A DNA stretch of 64,000 nt from Cyanophora paradoxa CCMP329 (lineage: Eukaryota > Plantae > Glaucophyta). Each line of letters begins with the position of its first letter. Positions within the stretch are counted from its first letter, which is position 1. The notes below the pieces were generated by a model that saw only the letters and a program-made list of their open reading frames with translations, was not told the DNA's origin and did not search any database. The stretch lies in contig QPMI01000325.1 in the NCBI GenBank assembly GCA_004431415.1, positions 2,355 to 66,354 on the forward strand. The letters are read 5' to 3'. Made by a program: the position numbers and the translations under genes. This document shows, piece after piece, positions 10,612 to 23,045 of this stretch.

Positions 10612-13361
10612 CTAGCGCTTGGCGCGGAAGAAGCGGTTGAGGGCGGAGCCGCGGGCGGGCGCCTCGCCGTCCGAGCCGGCCCCCGCCGCCGCCGCCTCGC
10701 CCTCGCGCTTGCGCTTCTCCCCCGCCGCCTGCCGCTTCTGCTTCTGCTCCACCTCGTTGATGTGCGAGCGCACCGCCCCCTGCCCCCGCACGCGCGTCAG
10801 CCCGGCGCCCCGGGGCGGGCGGGGCGGGGCGAGGCGCGGGGGCACCCGCTTGTCCTTGAGCTTGGCCTCCTCGCGGAGCTTGGCGCGGTGGGCGGCGCGG
10901 TTGCGGCCCTTCATCTTGCGCCGCTCCCGCTGCTCCTCGAAGCGCTCCCCGGGGTTGTTCGCCTCGAACGCGAGCTTCTGCTTCCGCTCGTGCGCCTCTG
11001 CCGCCGACCGCCGCACCGTCCCCACCGCGTCCGGCTCCAGCCCGATCATCTCCGGCTGCAGCTGTGGGGGCCTCGGCGCCGGCGGGGCGGGGCGGGGCGG
11101 GGCGGGGCGGGGCGGGCCTTCTCGAGGAGGCGGTGGACCTCCTGCTCGCGGCGCTGCTTGCGCGTCTCGAAGGGGTCGGCCTCGAGGGTGTCGTAGTTCG
11201 GCTCCCCCGCCCCCGGCACCACCAGCGTCGCCACGCCCCCGCTGTGGCCCACCCCCAGCACGTCCTCGTACGGGCAGAAGCGCGCCCCGCGGACGGCGCG
11301 CCCGGCCAGCAGCTCGGACATGTACGGCGCCTTGGCCTTCGTCGCGATCGCGTCCTTCCAGATCTGCCGCCCCGCGTGAGCCGGCCGCGCCCGGGCCGGC
11401 GCGCGGGGCGGGGGCGGGCCTCGATGTGGGGCCCGTGGGCGACGGAGAGGAGGCCGCGCTGCGAGACGTCCAGCGAGTCCACCGGCGACAGGCTGCTCGC
11501 CCCCGCCCCCTCAGCCACCACCCGCGGAGGGCCGGCGGGGAGGGCCGGCGGGGGCGGGCGGGCGGGCGGGCCTGAAGTAGGAGTGGAGGTTGCGGTAGGT
11601 GCGGAGGTCCCAGACCTTCACCTGCCCGTCCTGCCCCGCGCTCACCATGTGCCTGCCCCGCCTCAGACCCCGCCCCCGCCCCCGACGCAGGCTGCCCGGG
11701 GGCCCGCGCACTGCCCCGAGGCGTCGATGGCGATGGCCCGCACGGGGCCGCGGTGCGCCAGGACCTGCCCCCCGGTGAGGCCGGCGCGGGGGGAGGGGGA
11801 GAGGGCGGGCGGGGGGGGGGGGGGGGGGGGGGGCGGGCCTTGACGAGCGGGGCGGACATGTTGGGGGACCAGAGGGTGACAACGCCGTTGTTGTGGCCCA
11901 TGTGGACGACGGCGTTGCGCGGGTTCTGGCGCAGGCAGTCGATGGGGCCCAGCTTCGTGCGCCACTCCGCCACCAGCTTCCCCGTCGAGATGTCCTGGTA
12001 GCGCAGCCAGCCCCGCTGGCTCTGCCCCGACCCCCGTCGGCGTCGCCGCGGGAGGCGCGGGGCGGGGCGGGGCGGGGCGGACTGCGGAGACGAGGAGGAA
12101 GTGGTAGGGGAGGAACTCGAGGCGGTTCGCGCTCTCGTGCTTCTTCAGGCAGTGCACCTCCACCCCGTTCTTGTCGTAGATGTACCTGCAGGGAGGGCGA
12201 CCCCGGCGCCCCGCCTCAGGCCCCGCCCCGAGCCGCAAGGCCCCCTCCCCGCCCCGCCGGCCCCGCGCACGTGTACTTCTTCTGGGCGACGGCCCACATG
12301 GTCTCGTTGTGCAGGAAGCTGGCGGGGGCGTGTGAGGCGGCGGGGGCGGGCGGGGGCGGGGGCGGGGGCGCGGGGCGGGGCGGGGCGGGGGCGGACCGGA
12401 CGTCGCGGACGGTCTCCTGCACCTGCAGCTCCGTGACCAGCTTCCCCCGGCTCCAGTCCAGCAGCGCCAGGTGTCCCTTCCGGCCCCCGATCACCATGTA
12501 CCTGCACCCGGCCCGCTCGCTTCCGCGCGCAGCCCCGCGCGCCCCGCGCGCCCCGCGCCGGCCTCGCACCGCCCGTTGCGCGTGAAGTCGATGTTGTAGG
12601 GCCCGAGCTGCTCTAGCTTGAGGTCCAGCATCTGCGCGGCTCGGCGTGAGCGGCGCGCACGGGGCCGCGGCGGCAGCGGCGGGGGGCGGGCGGGGGGGCG
12701 GCGCGCCTTCTTCGCCGTGTTGACGTCGAGGTGCTCCTTGATCTGCTCCTGCCGAAAGTGGTACGTCTTCTCCATCCCCTCCGCCTCCAGATACCTTCCC
12801 CGCCCCTCGCGTCGGCCCCGGTACCCGCGCGCGCCGGCGCCTCGCGATCAGCGCCCCGCACCCCGCTTCAGATGCAAGCAGCAGTTCGCTCCCCGCGGAC
12901 TTCTTGAGCGCATCCCGGTACTTCTTCTCCACTTTCCTCAAGCTCGACTTCAGCTTCTTGTCTTGTACGCCCTGGAGCACGGATCAGCGACGCTAGCTTG
13001 ATGCGCGGCGCCGGCGGCCACTCGCCTTGATCTTGGATTCCTCGCCGCGCCTGTACTTCTTCATCTTCGCGTTGAGCTCTTGTCTCGCCTGCAGATCGCG
13101 CTTCTCCTGCTCGGGGTCGACTTTCTTGCCTTTCTTCTTGCCTGTGCGCTGCGGCTGTGAGCCAACGTCTCCAACCTCCGCTGATCGCGAGCTGCTAGCT
13201 GCCATGCCGCGGCGCTCGTCCTCGGCATCGCTCGCGCCACTCGCATCGCCTTCGCTGTCTGATCCCGGCGGAGGGGCAGGTCCCGCGCGCCTCTTGATCC
13301 GCGCTAGCTCCTCGTCCGAGCCGCCGCTGCCATCTGAGCGCTCTGCTTCGGAATCGGACAT
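10612..13361 (-). CDS. WDR46: WD repeat protein 46 / Utp7 / BING4 (SSU processome)
   Basis: [73 protein letters not shown], and the BING4CT motif [30 protein letters not shown]. Confidence 0.95.
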
Positions 13362-13685
13362 GCCTCTTTTTTTCCACTTCCAGTCGGGTACGCTGCTAGA
13401 TCAGACTTCGTTCGCAATCGCTGGCTTCCAACCTGCAGCTGCGAGCCGCTGAGCCGCTAGCGCTGCGTTTACAAGTTACGCAGACTAGATATCGATCGAA
13501 TTCGAGTTCGATGGCCCAGCTAGCGCTGCACATGCCCGCTGTACACGCGCTTCCCGCCGCGGGGCGCGCTGAAAATTCAGCACCGGCAGCTGCGCAGGGG
13601 GCTTGAGTGCAGCGAAAGATTCAATGATTCGACACATTATGCAATCGGGGGGCAGAGCTCCTCGGGCTCGGCGGCGGGCGGCGGG

Positions 13686-15231
13686 TCAGGAGGGGCCGGC
13701 GGCGGCGTGGCGCTTGAGGAAGGCACGGAGGGCGTAGTCGCGCAGGATGCGCGCGCAGTTGTCGTAGTACTGAGGGCTCCCCTTCACGAAACTCCACCTG
13801 CCCCGCCGTCCCGCGTCGGGGGAGCCCCGCGGGGTGGCGGGGCGGCGGGCGTGCGGGGGCGGGGCGCGAACCCATTGACGTCGCAGATGTGGAGACCGCC
13901 GCCCTCGACGCGGAGCAGGTCGAGCCCGCACACCGTCTGCCGGAAACGCACGCAGATCTGCCGGCCGGCGTTGGCGGAAGGCAGGCGGCGGGATGCGGAG
14001 GGGGGCGGGGGGCGGGGGCGGGCCTGCTGGACGGCGGCCTTCTCGGCGGGGGTGAGGAGGACGGGGAAGCGGATCTCCTTGTCATGGGCGTTGCGGAGGA
14101 CGAGGCCGTCGATGACGGGGGCCTTGCGGCGCTCGGCGTGGGCGTACGAGGGCCCCACCGTGTAGATCTTGATGTCCTGCCCGTCCACCACCCGCACGAA
14201 CTCCTCGTACACGTACGACCCCTCCCGCCGCACCCTGGCCCCCGCCCAAACCCTCCGCACCCCGCCCCTTGCAGCCCTCACCGCACCCGCGGCGGCGCAC
14301 CGGTGCCGGTCGGGGAAGAACTGGCTCGAGCGGTTTTGCGTCTTGCGGAAGAGCTGCCGGCAGCCGCCCCCGTCCCGCATCGGGTAGTAGATGCACACGT
14401 TGTGATCATCCGCGTCTGCTGGCTTCTCCACGAACGCTGCGCCGTGCGCGTCGGTAGCCGTCTCCCACAGGGCGGCGGGGCAGCGCACGCTTCTCTATGC
14501 GCTTCCCGTTGATCTCGATCCAGTCATCGCCCTCGTCCATGACGGGCGATGGCTCCCCCCGCCAACCGTCCCGAGAAGCAAACACGTGCCTGCGCGACGC
14601 AGCCCCATGAGTGCGCCGGCCCGAGCAGGGGCCGCAGCCGAGCCGCACTTGGGCTGGAGGAGGTTGCAGTGCGAGAGTATTCGGTAGACCTCGCGGCGAT
14701 CTAGCAGCAGTCGCTGGGAGGGTAGATCGTTCACGCTGTATGGTCTTCGCAGGTGCTGGTATGCGATAGCTTTCTCCAGCGGGAAGCCGTCCGAGTCGAA
14801 GGCGATCAAGCAGTCGCACAGGGGCCATTCCTCGATTGGGCGTTCCAATATGCACTGGTTCCCAAAGATAACGACCTGCGGGCGCGAGCCGACGTCATTT
14901 CGCGGACTAGCTACGGGGGACGCGCCGCGTCCTAGTCGACGCGGAGCGTCCCAGCTTGAGTTCGCAAACTTCGTATACGTACCTCGAGCTCGCCCGTCTT
15001 CTCGAGCCTGCTGAGGATCTGATGCATCGGACCGGAGCGCGACTTCTTGTCCATGCAGCAGACGCCGACGACGCAGCGCCGAGGGAGCTCCACCCCCGCA
15101 GGGACGGGCTCTACGACGAGCCGCTCACGCTCTTCTTCGTGCAAATCCGCGAACAACTCCGAGGCTAGGTCGCCCAGATCGTTCGTGCCGTCGATGGCCT
15201 CGTCGCCGTCACACACGACGCCCGAAGCCAT
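13686..15231 (-). CDS. VIP1: Diphosphoinositol pentakisphosphate kinase (VIP1/PPIP5K), ATP-grasp kinase domain only
   Basis: [119 protein letters not shown], followed by a stop. Confidence 0.92.
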
Positions 15232-15390
15232 GACGCCCGCCGATCGATCGCTCCTAGCTATAGGCAGCCGCCGCAAGGTTTCGGCGGAACGTTGTACCCA
15301 GACCCTCCCGGGTACATTGCTTTCGCGCCGAAATTGGCAGCGGCGGCAGAGTAGCGAGCCAACTCAAGAAGCGCGCTTTCGGGCGCCAGC

Positions 15391-17358
15391 ATGGATCCCA
15401 GGAAGTTTGACGAAGCGAAGGCGTTCCTTTCCAAGTCTGTGGACAACAAGTCTTCGCTGTATGACCACCTTAGCGAAGTCCTCCTCAAAGTCCTGTCCGA
15501 GCAGCCTGCGAATGCTCTAGAACAGTTTGAGACGATCTCGGCGGCCATCAAGGAAGCTAGCTTTGTACCGGAGGTCATTCCGGCGGTGCGTCGCGGTGCT
15601 GCGGCCGCCCGCTGCAGCGGCGCGCCGGCGCGCGTCCCACAGCATCATATTGGGTGCTGACGAAAGCTTTCTGGGCGTACAGGAGCCCCAGACCCAGGTG
15701 CTCTATTCGAAGGATGTGGAGCGGGCAAAGGAGAACCTCAAGTTGTTCAAGGTTAGCTGCTTGAGAACCGCTTGTGGAGCTGCCGTGCCGACGTGGTGCT
15801 AAGCGCCATGCCGCCGCGTAGGGGCAAATACCTGAGAAGCATGAGACCGAGCGCGAAGGGGAGGAGCCCGCGGAGCCCACAGAGGTCAACGAATGCGAGA
15901 TCCCGGATCTGATGGCGGAGGCAGAGATGTTCGAGGCGGGCGGGGTGCGCGTGGCGAGCCAGGCGCGCCCGGCGCCTGCTGAGTCTCGCATGCAGGTTGG
16001 TTTCGGCCGTGAGGAGGCCTTCAGGCTTGCGCTCTCAATCAAGAAGCAGCTTGCGGACGATCCCAACCGAAAGCTGAAGAAGGTTCGGCTCTTCGGCAAG
16101 TTCCTGGGCGTGCGCGGCGACTACTTCGTTGTCGAGGCCGAGCCCAAGGAGTGGGAGCCCGCGGCCGCGCCCGAGGGTGGTGCCTTGTTTCATCCCTTTG
16201 CTCTCCTTTTTCATGGGGTACTCAGGCCGCCGCGCAGGAGAGGGCGATAGCCCCAAGCTAGGGCCGGACGGCCAGCCCCTCGTTCCCCCCGAGGGCAATG
16301 GCGAGGGCACGAACAAGTACCAGTACTGGGTCTGCTCGTATGGTACGTGTCCCGTCCATTCTGCGCTGCTCTGGCCAGCGCGCTGACTGGCGGCGGGGGT
16401 AGTGGGCGGCCCGTGGACGCTGCTCCCGAACGTCACGCCGCAGCAGATCAACGTGGCGCGGCAGATCAAGAAATTCCTGACCGGCGACCTAAAGGCGCCG
16501 GTCTCGTCGTACCCGGTGTTCAACGGGACGGAGGCGGAGTACCTGCGGGCGCAGATCGCGCGCATCGCGGCGGCGACGGTCGTCGAGCCCAAGGACAAGT
16601 ACACCCTCGGCGGCGACGAGGAGGAGGGCGGCGACGACGAGGCCGGTCCGCCCGCCCCGCCCCCCCGCCCCGCCCTGCCACGCCCTGCCACGCCCCCGAC
16701 GCGGCGCGCAGCCAAGGAGATCAAGCTGAACGAGGAGTGGGCGCCGCCGGCGCCGGCGGAGCAGGCGAGCCTGGAGAACTGGGTCCACTTCAACCCGGCG
16801 ATCCGGAAGCAGGGCCGCATCGGCAAGTGGGACCCGCCGAAGAAGGAGAAGCCGGAGGGGGAGGAGGGCGAGGAGGGCGAGGAGGAGGCGGAGGAGGAGG
16901 CCGCCGAGCCCGAGGAGGTCGTCCCCGAGCCCCTCGCGCCCCTCAGCGCCGACGAGGGTCCGCCGCTCCGCCCCGCGCCCCCCGCCCCGCGCCGGCTCAA
17001 CGGGCCCGGGCCTTGCGCAGCGATCGGCGCGCTGGCGGCGTGGGCGGCGCGCGTCTCGACGGCATTCGCGCCGCAGTACGCGACGGTGTTCCTCAAGTCG
17101 GTGCGGTGGCCCGGGGCGTACGCGGCGATGCGCGGCAAGCAATCGGCCTGCATCTACATCGGCTACGGGCACAAGTATACGGGGACGACGTACACGCCGC
17201 CGGCGCCGCCGCCGGTGCAGCAGGAGGCGGACGACGCGGGGTACGAGATGGCGCACGACCCGACCGTCGAGGAGGAGGACGCCTACAAGGAGGCCATCGA
17301 GGCGAAGAACAAGCCCGAGGGCGAGGGCGAAGAGGGCGCCGCCGAGGAGGAGTCCTAG
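15391..17358 (+). CDS. RSPH4: Radial spoke head protein 4/6 family
   Basis: AKAFL..SLYDHLSEVLLKVL, VRLFGKFLGVRGDYFVVE, GEGTNKYQYWVC, ARQIKKFLTGDLKAPVSSYPVFNGTEAEYLRAQIARI, LKSVRWPGA, IYIGYGHKY. Confidence 0.95.
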
Positions 17359-17608
17359 GCCCCCCGCCCCACCCCAGCCCCCGCGGCCCGGCGCACCACG
17401 CCCCCCGCGCCGGCACCCGCCCTCCCTTCTATCCCCTCCGGGCCCCTCCGCGTTCCCTCCGCTTCACGTGTTTGTATAGAAACCGAATTCCGATCATCGA
17501 GCGGTTTCGTTTACTGGTTCAAAGAAGGAGCGCACACAAGCTGCCGTGGCCTAGAGCTAGTGAGAGTGGCCGCGAAGAGGGCCCGGGACGAATTCGACCG
17601 CCTCGGCC

Positions 17609-19070
17609 TCAGGCGCCGCAGACGAAGGCATGGGAGAGGGCGGGCTTGCGGCGCGCGCCGCTGCCGGGGACGAAGAAGGCGCGCTCGCGCTCCTCCTGGA
17701 CGCCCTCGCGGGTGCTCGTGAGGACGACGACGTGGTCGCAGGTCCTTCCCCACATGTGCTTCCGGCAACCCTTCTTCGCGTACATCTTGCACTGCGCTCG
17801 CGTCGATCGGCCGGCGTTGGGCGGAACCCCGCGGAGAGGCCGCGGGCCGGGGCAGCCTCGCTGACCTGCAGCTTGAAGCAGATGCTAGGCTGTGGCACGT
17901 CGCCGATACGGTAGATGAGCTTCACCTGCGCGGAGAGGCGCGTCGCGTGAGCATCACGGTAGGCCGCGCCGCATGGCAGGGACGGAGTACACACCTCGAC
18001 CATGGAACGCTCGCCGCGGGCCGTCACCGGGTTCGCCTCCGGGAGGAACACGCTCTCGCCCGACATGCTGCCCAGCGCGTCACTCGATCGCCCGCAGGCA
18101 AAAGAGGAAACAAGTGGAATCCCGACCGGCAGATGCTCCCGTCGAAGCTGAGCTTGTGGAAGTTGCTCAAGAGCTGGCCGTTGACCTAGTGCCGGCCGCG
18201 GGTTCGGGAAAGACGATCCCTGTGGCGAGGCAAAGATTACGCACGGAGATGTTCTCGAACACTGCGAAGCCTGTCAGCCTCGAGGATCAAACAACGCGCA
18301 AAACGATGAGAAGCACCCGCTTCCTCATTCGAGTTGCGAACGAGAACGTTGAAGCGGTCTGGGAAAGCTTACAAGGAACAGAGCGGGCAGAAGGGACAAG
18401 CTTACAAGTTTTGGACTGGACCAATTTGATCGTGAAGGAGCAGGGATGGCCTATTTCGCCTGGTAAATATCACGGATCGGTGAGATTTGATCGCCTACGC
18501 GCACGATCTGCGTCCTTGAGGCCTTCCTCCTTGACGTACGTCGCCTTGAATGCGCCCGCGCTGACCTCCTCTGCGATGTGGGTCAACGCTAGAATGCAAA
18601 ATACGCGCTGCAAGACGCACCGATCCCGACCTGGATCTGCAGGTTCTGCGGGGGAATGGCGACGCGGCCCGCGAAAGACGAATTAATCGAGCCCTTCCCC
18701 GCGAGCACTCCGAATCCGCCGCGCGGCCGCTTCTCGGAAAGCGTCGGCGAAGATGGACGATTGCCGGGCGCGAAAATCTGAAGAGCGGAATTCCGGACGG
18801 GCGACATCAAATGAAGTTCGACGAAAGTTGGACGAAAGGGTGGCCTTGACGCACGGTTTGACCCAGAATGGGGGCCGAAGCGCGCGAGTACATCGGCGAA
18901 GGCGTGTCCGCAACCACGACATTCACGCGGTCGCGGGGCGTGAGGCCGTCCTCGGAATCATCGACCTGTGACAAAACTGCAGCGCCGAAGGTTAGATCTA
19001 GAAATCGCAAGGCAGGCAAAATTCAAAACGGCACCATCGGAGCGGTCGACATCTTGCATGCGCGCCTTCC

Positions 19071-19105
<35 letters not shown>

Positions 19106-19134
19106 GCATGCGCATGCTGCCACGCGGTCGACAT
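17609..19134 (-). CDS. CNRIP1 (CB1 cannabinoid receptor-interacting protein 1) family protein with N-terminal polyQ
   Basis: The hand-spliced product contains TIKLVQSKTYRFNV, FENISVNG, PVTARGER and LQCKMYAK..KHMWG. These align in order with animal CNRIP1 blocks recalled as TIKLLTGSSYKVEV, ENISIGG, PTKSGER and WQVKFY..HCQWG. Confidence 0.7.
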
Positions 19135-19151
19135 TGCTGCTGCTGCTGCTG
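19072..19151. repeat. (CTG/CAG)n microsatellites; one encodes polyQ on the minus strand, the other lies in the 5' UTR
   Basis: Two CTG runs flank the minus-strand ATG at 19134, giving MSTAWQHAHAQQQQQ...RKARMQ. Confidence 0.85.
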
Positions 19152-19351
19152 ACGAAGGCGGGAAAATGAGCCGGCGCGGGTACAGGAGAATTAAAGCTCA
19201 GGAAGTTGAGGGGAGCTGGAGCTCGAGGGAAGAGAATTCGAAGGAGAGGGAAGTGCGTGTGGGAGGCGCGCTGAGCTCGAGAGGGGCCCGGTCAGAGAGG
19301 CTCTAGAGAGGATCCGGAGAGGGCCGGGCCTGCTGGCTTCGATTCGGTCGA

Positions 19352-20958
19352 TCAGAAGAAAAAATCACTGAGGAGGGCCTGGCCGTCGCGGAGGCGCTCC
19401 TTGGAGGCGAGCGGCTCGGAGGCGGAGGGGTGCGAGAGACGGCAGTTCTGCCGGTGCCACGTGAAGTGCTCCTCGCACGCCAGCGCCCGCAGCGCCGACC
19501 GTAGGCCCCCCTGGGACCTGCGCAAGCGCGCCCGTCAGCGGGGAAGGGGCGGGGACCGGGGCCGGGGCGGGGGCCGCGCCAGAGGGCGAGGGTGGCGTCG
19601 TAGTGGCGGGCCTCGGTTTTGGCCGTGCAGGTGGCGCAGGCGGTGAGCTCGAAGGCGCTCGCCTCCTCGCAGTCCGGCTGGAAGCACTTGACCGCCCGCT
19701 GCAGCTTGTAGCTGTACAGCTCCCCGTGGCCCGTCTCTCGCATGTGCCCCGTCAGGTGCCCCGCGCCGTCGCAGAAGGCCGCGTTGCAGACGAGGCAGTG
19801 CGCGAGGTTCGCGCAGCCGCCGCACGCCGCGCACCGCGCCGCCTCCCGCCGCCGTGCCAGGGCCTCGCAGCGCTGGTAGAGCTTCCGCAGCCGCGCGCTG
19901 TAGAGGCCGCCGTCGCTCTCGCGGGCCCGGCGCCGGCCCTGGCCGGCCTCCTCCGGCGCCGCCGCCCTCGGGAGGACGACGAGGGACGGCTCCTGGGGAA
20001 GCTGTGCGGCGAGGTGCGCCGTCGAGACGCAGGCCTCCGCCATGTGCCCGCTCCGCCCGCACCGCCAGCTGCCGGCGCCCGCTTAGGCGCGCGGCGCTCG
20101 AGCTGCGCGGGCGGGCGCGCCAGCGGTACGTGTCGAGGGCCGAGAGGCGCGGCTTGTAGCGGTGCTTCCTGGCGTCCCACACGTCCGGCTGCAGGTCCGG
20201 CAGCGCCAGCGCCCCTTGCCCCGCCGGCCCCAGCGCCGACGCCAGGCGCTCCGGCTGCACTCCCAGCGGGGCGCTCGCTTCGCTCTCGTCCTCCTCGCTT
20301 TGCGGCTGGCCCGGCACGTACGCGCCAGTGGCGAGGTCCTGGGCAAGCGTCTCTCAGCTCGGCGTGCGCGCCCAGCTTCGGCGCGAGGCGGCGGCGGAGG
20401 AAGAGTTCGAACCTGGGCGTTGATGCGCTTGCACTGCCTGCTGCACACGTCTTCGTTCGTCTCGTCCGACACGTATGCGCCGTACCGTCCGCAGACCTGC
20501 GCGAAAGTCAGCAGGTCTGTCGGATTTATCGCGAGTCAGCATCAAGAGCGGACGATGCAGCGAGGCTCTCCCTCGGTTGGCCAGCGCTGGTCGCACGAAT
20601 ACTCAACAACCTCATCGATGTCAGCACTTGCAGCTGGCGCATTTTCAGCCGCGCTCTCGAGCTCCGGCGTTGCAGCTGGAGCCTCGGCGGGCAAGACAAG
20701 AATCGAGGCGTTGCCGAGCACGACGCGCAGAGCGTCCCGCGCATCGAGGGGCTGTTGTCTGCGCTCCTTGATCTTGTCGCCGGTGCGCTTTTTCTCGTTC
20801 TTGTCCGGCTGATGTTGTTGCCGCGCTTCTAGCGAGAGCCCCATGCCAGTGAGGTCGCCGCTCGCCGGCAGCTCCTTTCCCGCAACGACTCTTTCGACGA
20901 GCAGCGCGTCCACAAGGCGGTGCGCTGGCGCTGGGCGAAACCCGCCTCGTCCAGCCAT
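19352..20958 (-). CDS. Multi-zinc-finger protein: DDX59-type zf-HIT, zinc knuckle and ZnF-UBP-like Cys/His-rich domain
   Basis: [36 protein letters not shown] resembles the DDX59 N-terminal finger. Also [53 protein letters not shown] and the ending LLSDFFF. Start is 20958 or 20844. Confidence 0.75.
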
Positions 20959-21097
20959 TGGAGATTCGCATACCCGGCTAAGCGAGCACCAGGCTCAGCA
21001 CCTCAGCCACTCGCATCACTCAGCACCTCCGAGAGGCGACGTAGATCGACGTACGCGCGATTCTCCAGCTAACAGAGGCGGCTGGGACGTCAGGGAC

Positions 21098-22915
21098 ATG
21101 CACGCGTTCGTGCCGCAGCTGGCGCTGCCGGCACATGATCGGGCAGACGGCTTTCAGCATCTAGCTGCCTGGAGGAGCGCGCGCCTTCGCAGCTCCGCGA
21201 TGACGGCAGCGGACGGCAGACAGTGGCGCTGCGAGGCGACGCCGCTGCTCCTCCGCACTGGCGCTGGGCGCGGTCGAGTGCTCGCCGTGGGCGGATCGGA
21301 CAGCGGAGGTGGAGCTGGTATTCAAGCGGACATCAAAACAATTACCATGCTGGGAGGCTACGCAGCGACGTCGATCACCGCTGTGACGGCTCAGAACACT
21401 CGCGGTAGCCTCGCGGGAACGCGTCCTCGGCTGCTGCAGGCTGATCGAGTGGGGCCGGCGCGCAGGCATATGGAGCGTCGACGCGATGCTGCCCGAGCTC
21501 GTGCGGGCGCGCCACGGGCGATCGCGCACGTCGAAGCCGGCCGGGGCTCAGCGGCTGAAGCGCGCCGCAGGCGCAGATGGAGCTCGTCCTGAAAGATATC
21601 GGGGCGGATTGCGTGAAGGTGCGCACGCGCCCCGACGCGCGCCCCTCGCCCGTGGGGCGCCCCCCGACGCGCGCCCCTCGCCCTGGCGCTGGACATCCTG
21701 AAGACCGGCATGGTGCGCACACGCCCCGGGGCGCCCCCCTCGCCCAAGCCGCACCGCCAACACGCGCGCGCAGCTGGACAACGACGACACCGTCGTGCGC
21801 GCCTCCTCGCGGCCGGCGCACTGCGGCAGCCGCCTCTGAACCGGGGCCCGCTGCTCAGCGGGCGGTGGCGGCGGTGCTGAGCGAGCCGTACGCCCTCCAC
21901 ACGCCCCTCGTCGTCGACCCGTGCCTGGTGCCGGCCACTGGGCCGCGCCCGCGGCCTTGAGCGCGAGCTCGCGAGGCGGCAGCGCGGCCTGACGCGGGGG
22001 GCGGGGCCTGGGGCGGGGCAGTCGGCGAAGGGCGGGGCGGCGCTGCTGGAGGAGGAGGCCCTCGCCGCGCTGCGCTTCAGCCTGCTGCCCCGGGCCGATC
22101 TCGTCACTCCGAACATCCCCGAGGCCGAGCGCATCGCCGGCCCGCCCCGTCCCCCCGAGCCCCCCGCCGGGCCCTCGTGACTGCCCTCGCCCGCAGAGGT
22201 GCAGATCTACGACGAGGAGTCGACGCGGCGGGCGGCCATCGCCATCGCCGCCCTCGGGCCGCGGTCCGCCGGCCCCGCCGCGCCGCGCCGCGGGGCGCCT
22301 GGTGGCGAGGCGAGGCGCAGGGCGGTGCTGGTGAAGGGCGGGCACGCGCTCGGGGAGGACGGGCAGGCGCCGGCCACGAGCGCCGACCTCCTCTACACCC
22401 CCGCCGACGGCCGCTTCCGGGCCCGCCCCCCGCCCGCTCCCCGGCGACCCGCGGGGCGGCCCGTGACGGGCCCCCGCAGGTCTTCCGGGCGCCGCGGCTG
22501 GAGACGCGCCATTCGCACGGCACGGGCTGCACCCTCGCCTCCGCCATCGGTACGGGCCGCGAGGCCGCCCAGCGCCCGACGTCGACGCTTGTCCGCCGAT
22601 GCTTCGCGGGCGCCAGCGACGGGCCTCGCGCGGGGCATGGAGCTCGTGCCGGCGATCGCCGCCGCCCGCAACTTCCTCCACGGCGCCCTGTGCCCGCCCC
22701 GCCCTCGCCCCCCGCCCCCGCCCCCCGCCTCACGCACGCTCCCCGCAGGGCGGAGGCCCCGGGCTTCGGGACGGGCAGCGGGTGCGTGCTCGCGGCGGGG
22801 CGCTGGAACTCTCGAGCGGGGGGCCGACGGGGGCGTGGGGGGCAGGCCGATGGCGCACAACTGGTGCCTGCGACGGGCTGTCCCGGACGCCTGCACGATC
22901 GAGGAGCTGCCGTAG
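21098..22915 (+). CDS. thiD: Hydroxymethylpyrimidine/phosphomethylpyrimidine kinase with putative plastid transit peptide
   Basis: [79 protein letters not shown]-terminus MHAFVPQL. Confidence 0.92.
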
Positions 22916-23045
22916 GGGCGCCCACCCCGGCCCCGCCCACGTCGGCGCGCGTGGAAGCTATAAAGACCTTCTGCACAACTCTCTACGCTACACGTGGGGA
23001 ACTGCGGGTCCTAACCTACGATTCACAACGCACGGCGGAAAAAGC

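Noticed and set aside
11811-11833. Long G run, and the C run near 63815-63841, as specific G-quadruplex elements
   Set aside because: These are extremes of the generic C-rich intron 5' halves, and homopolymer lengths are unreliable.
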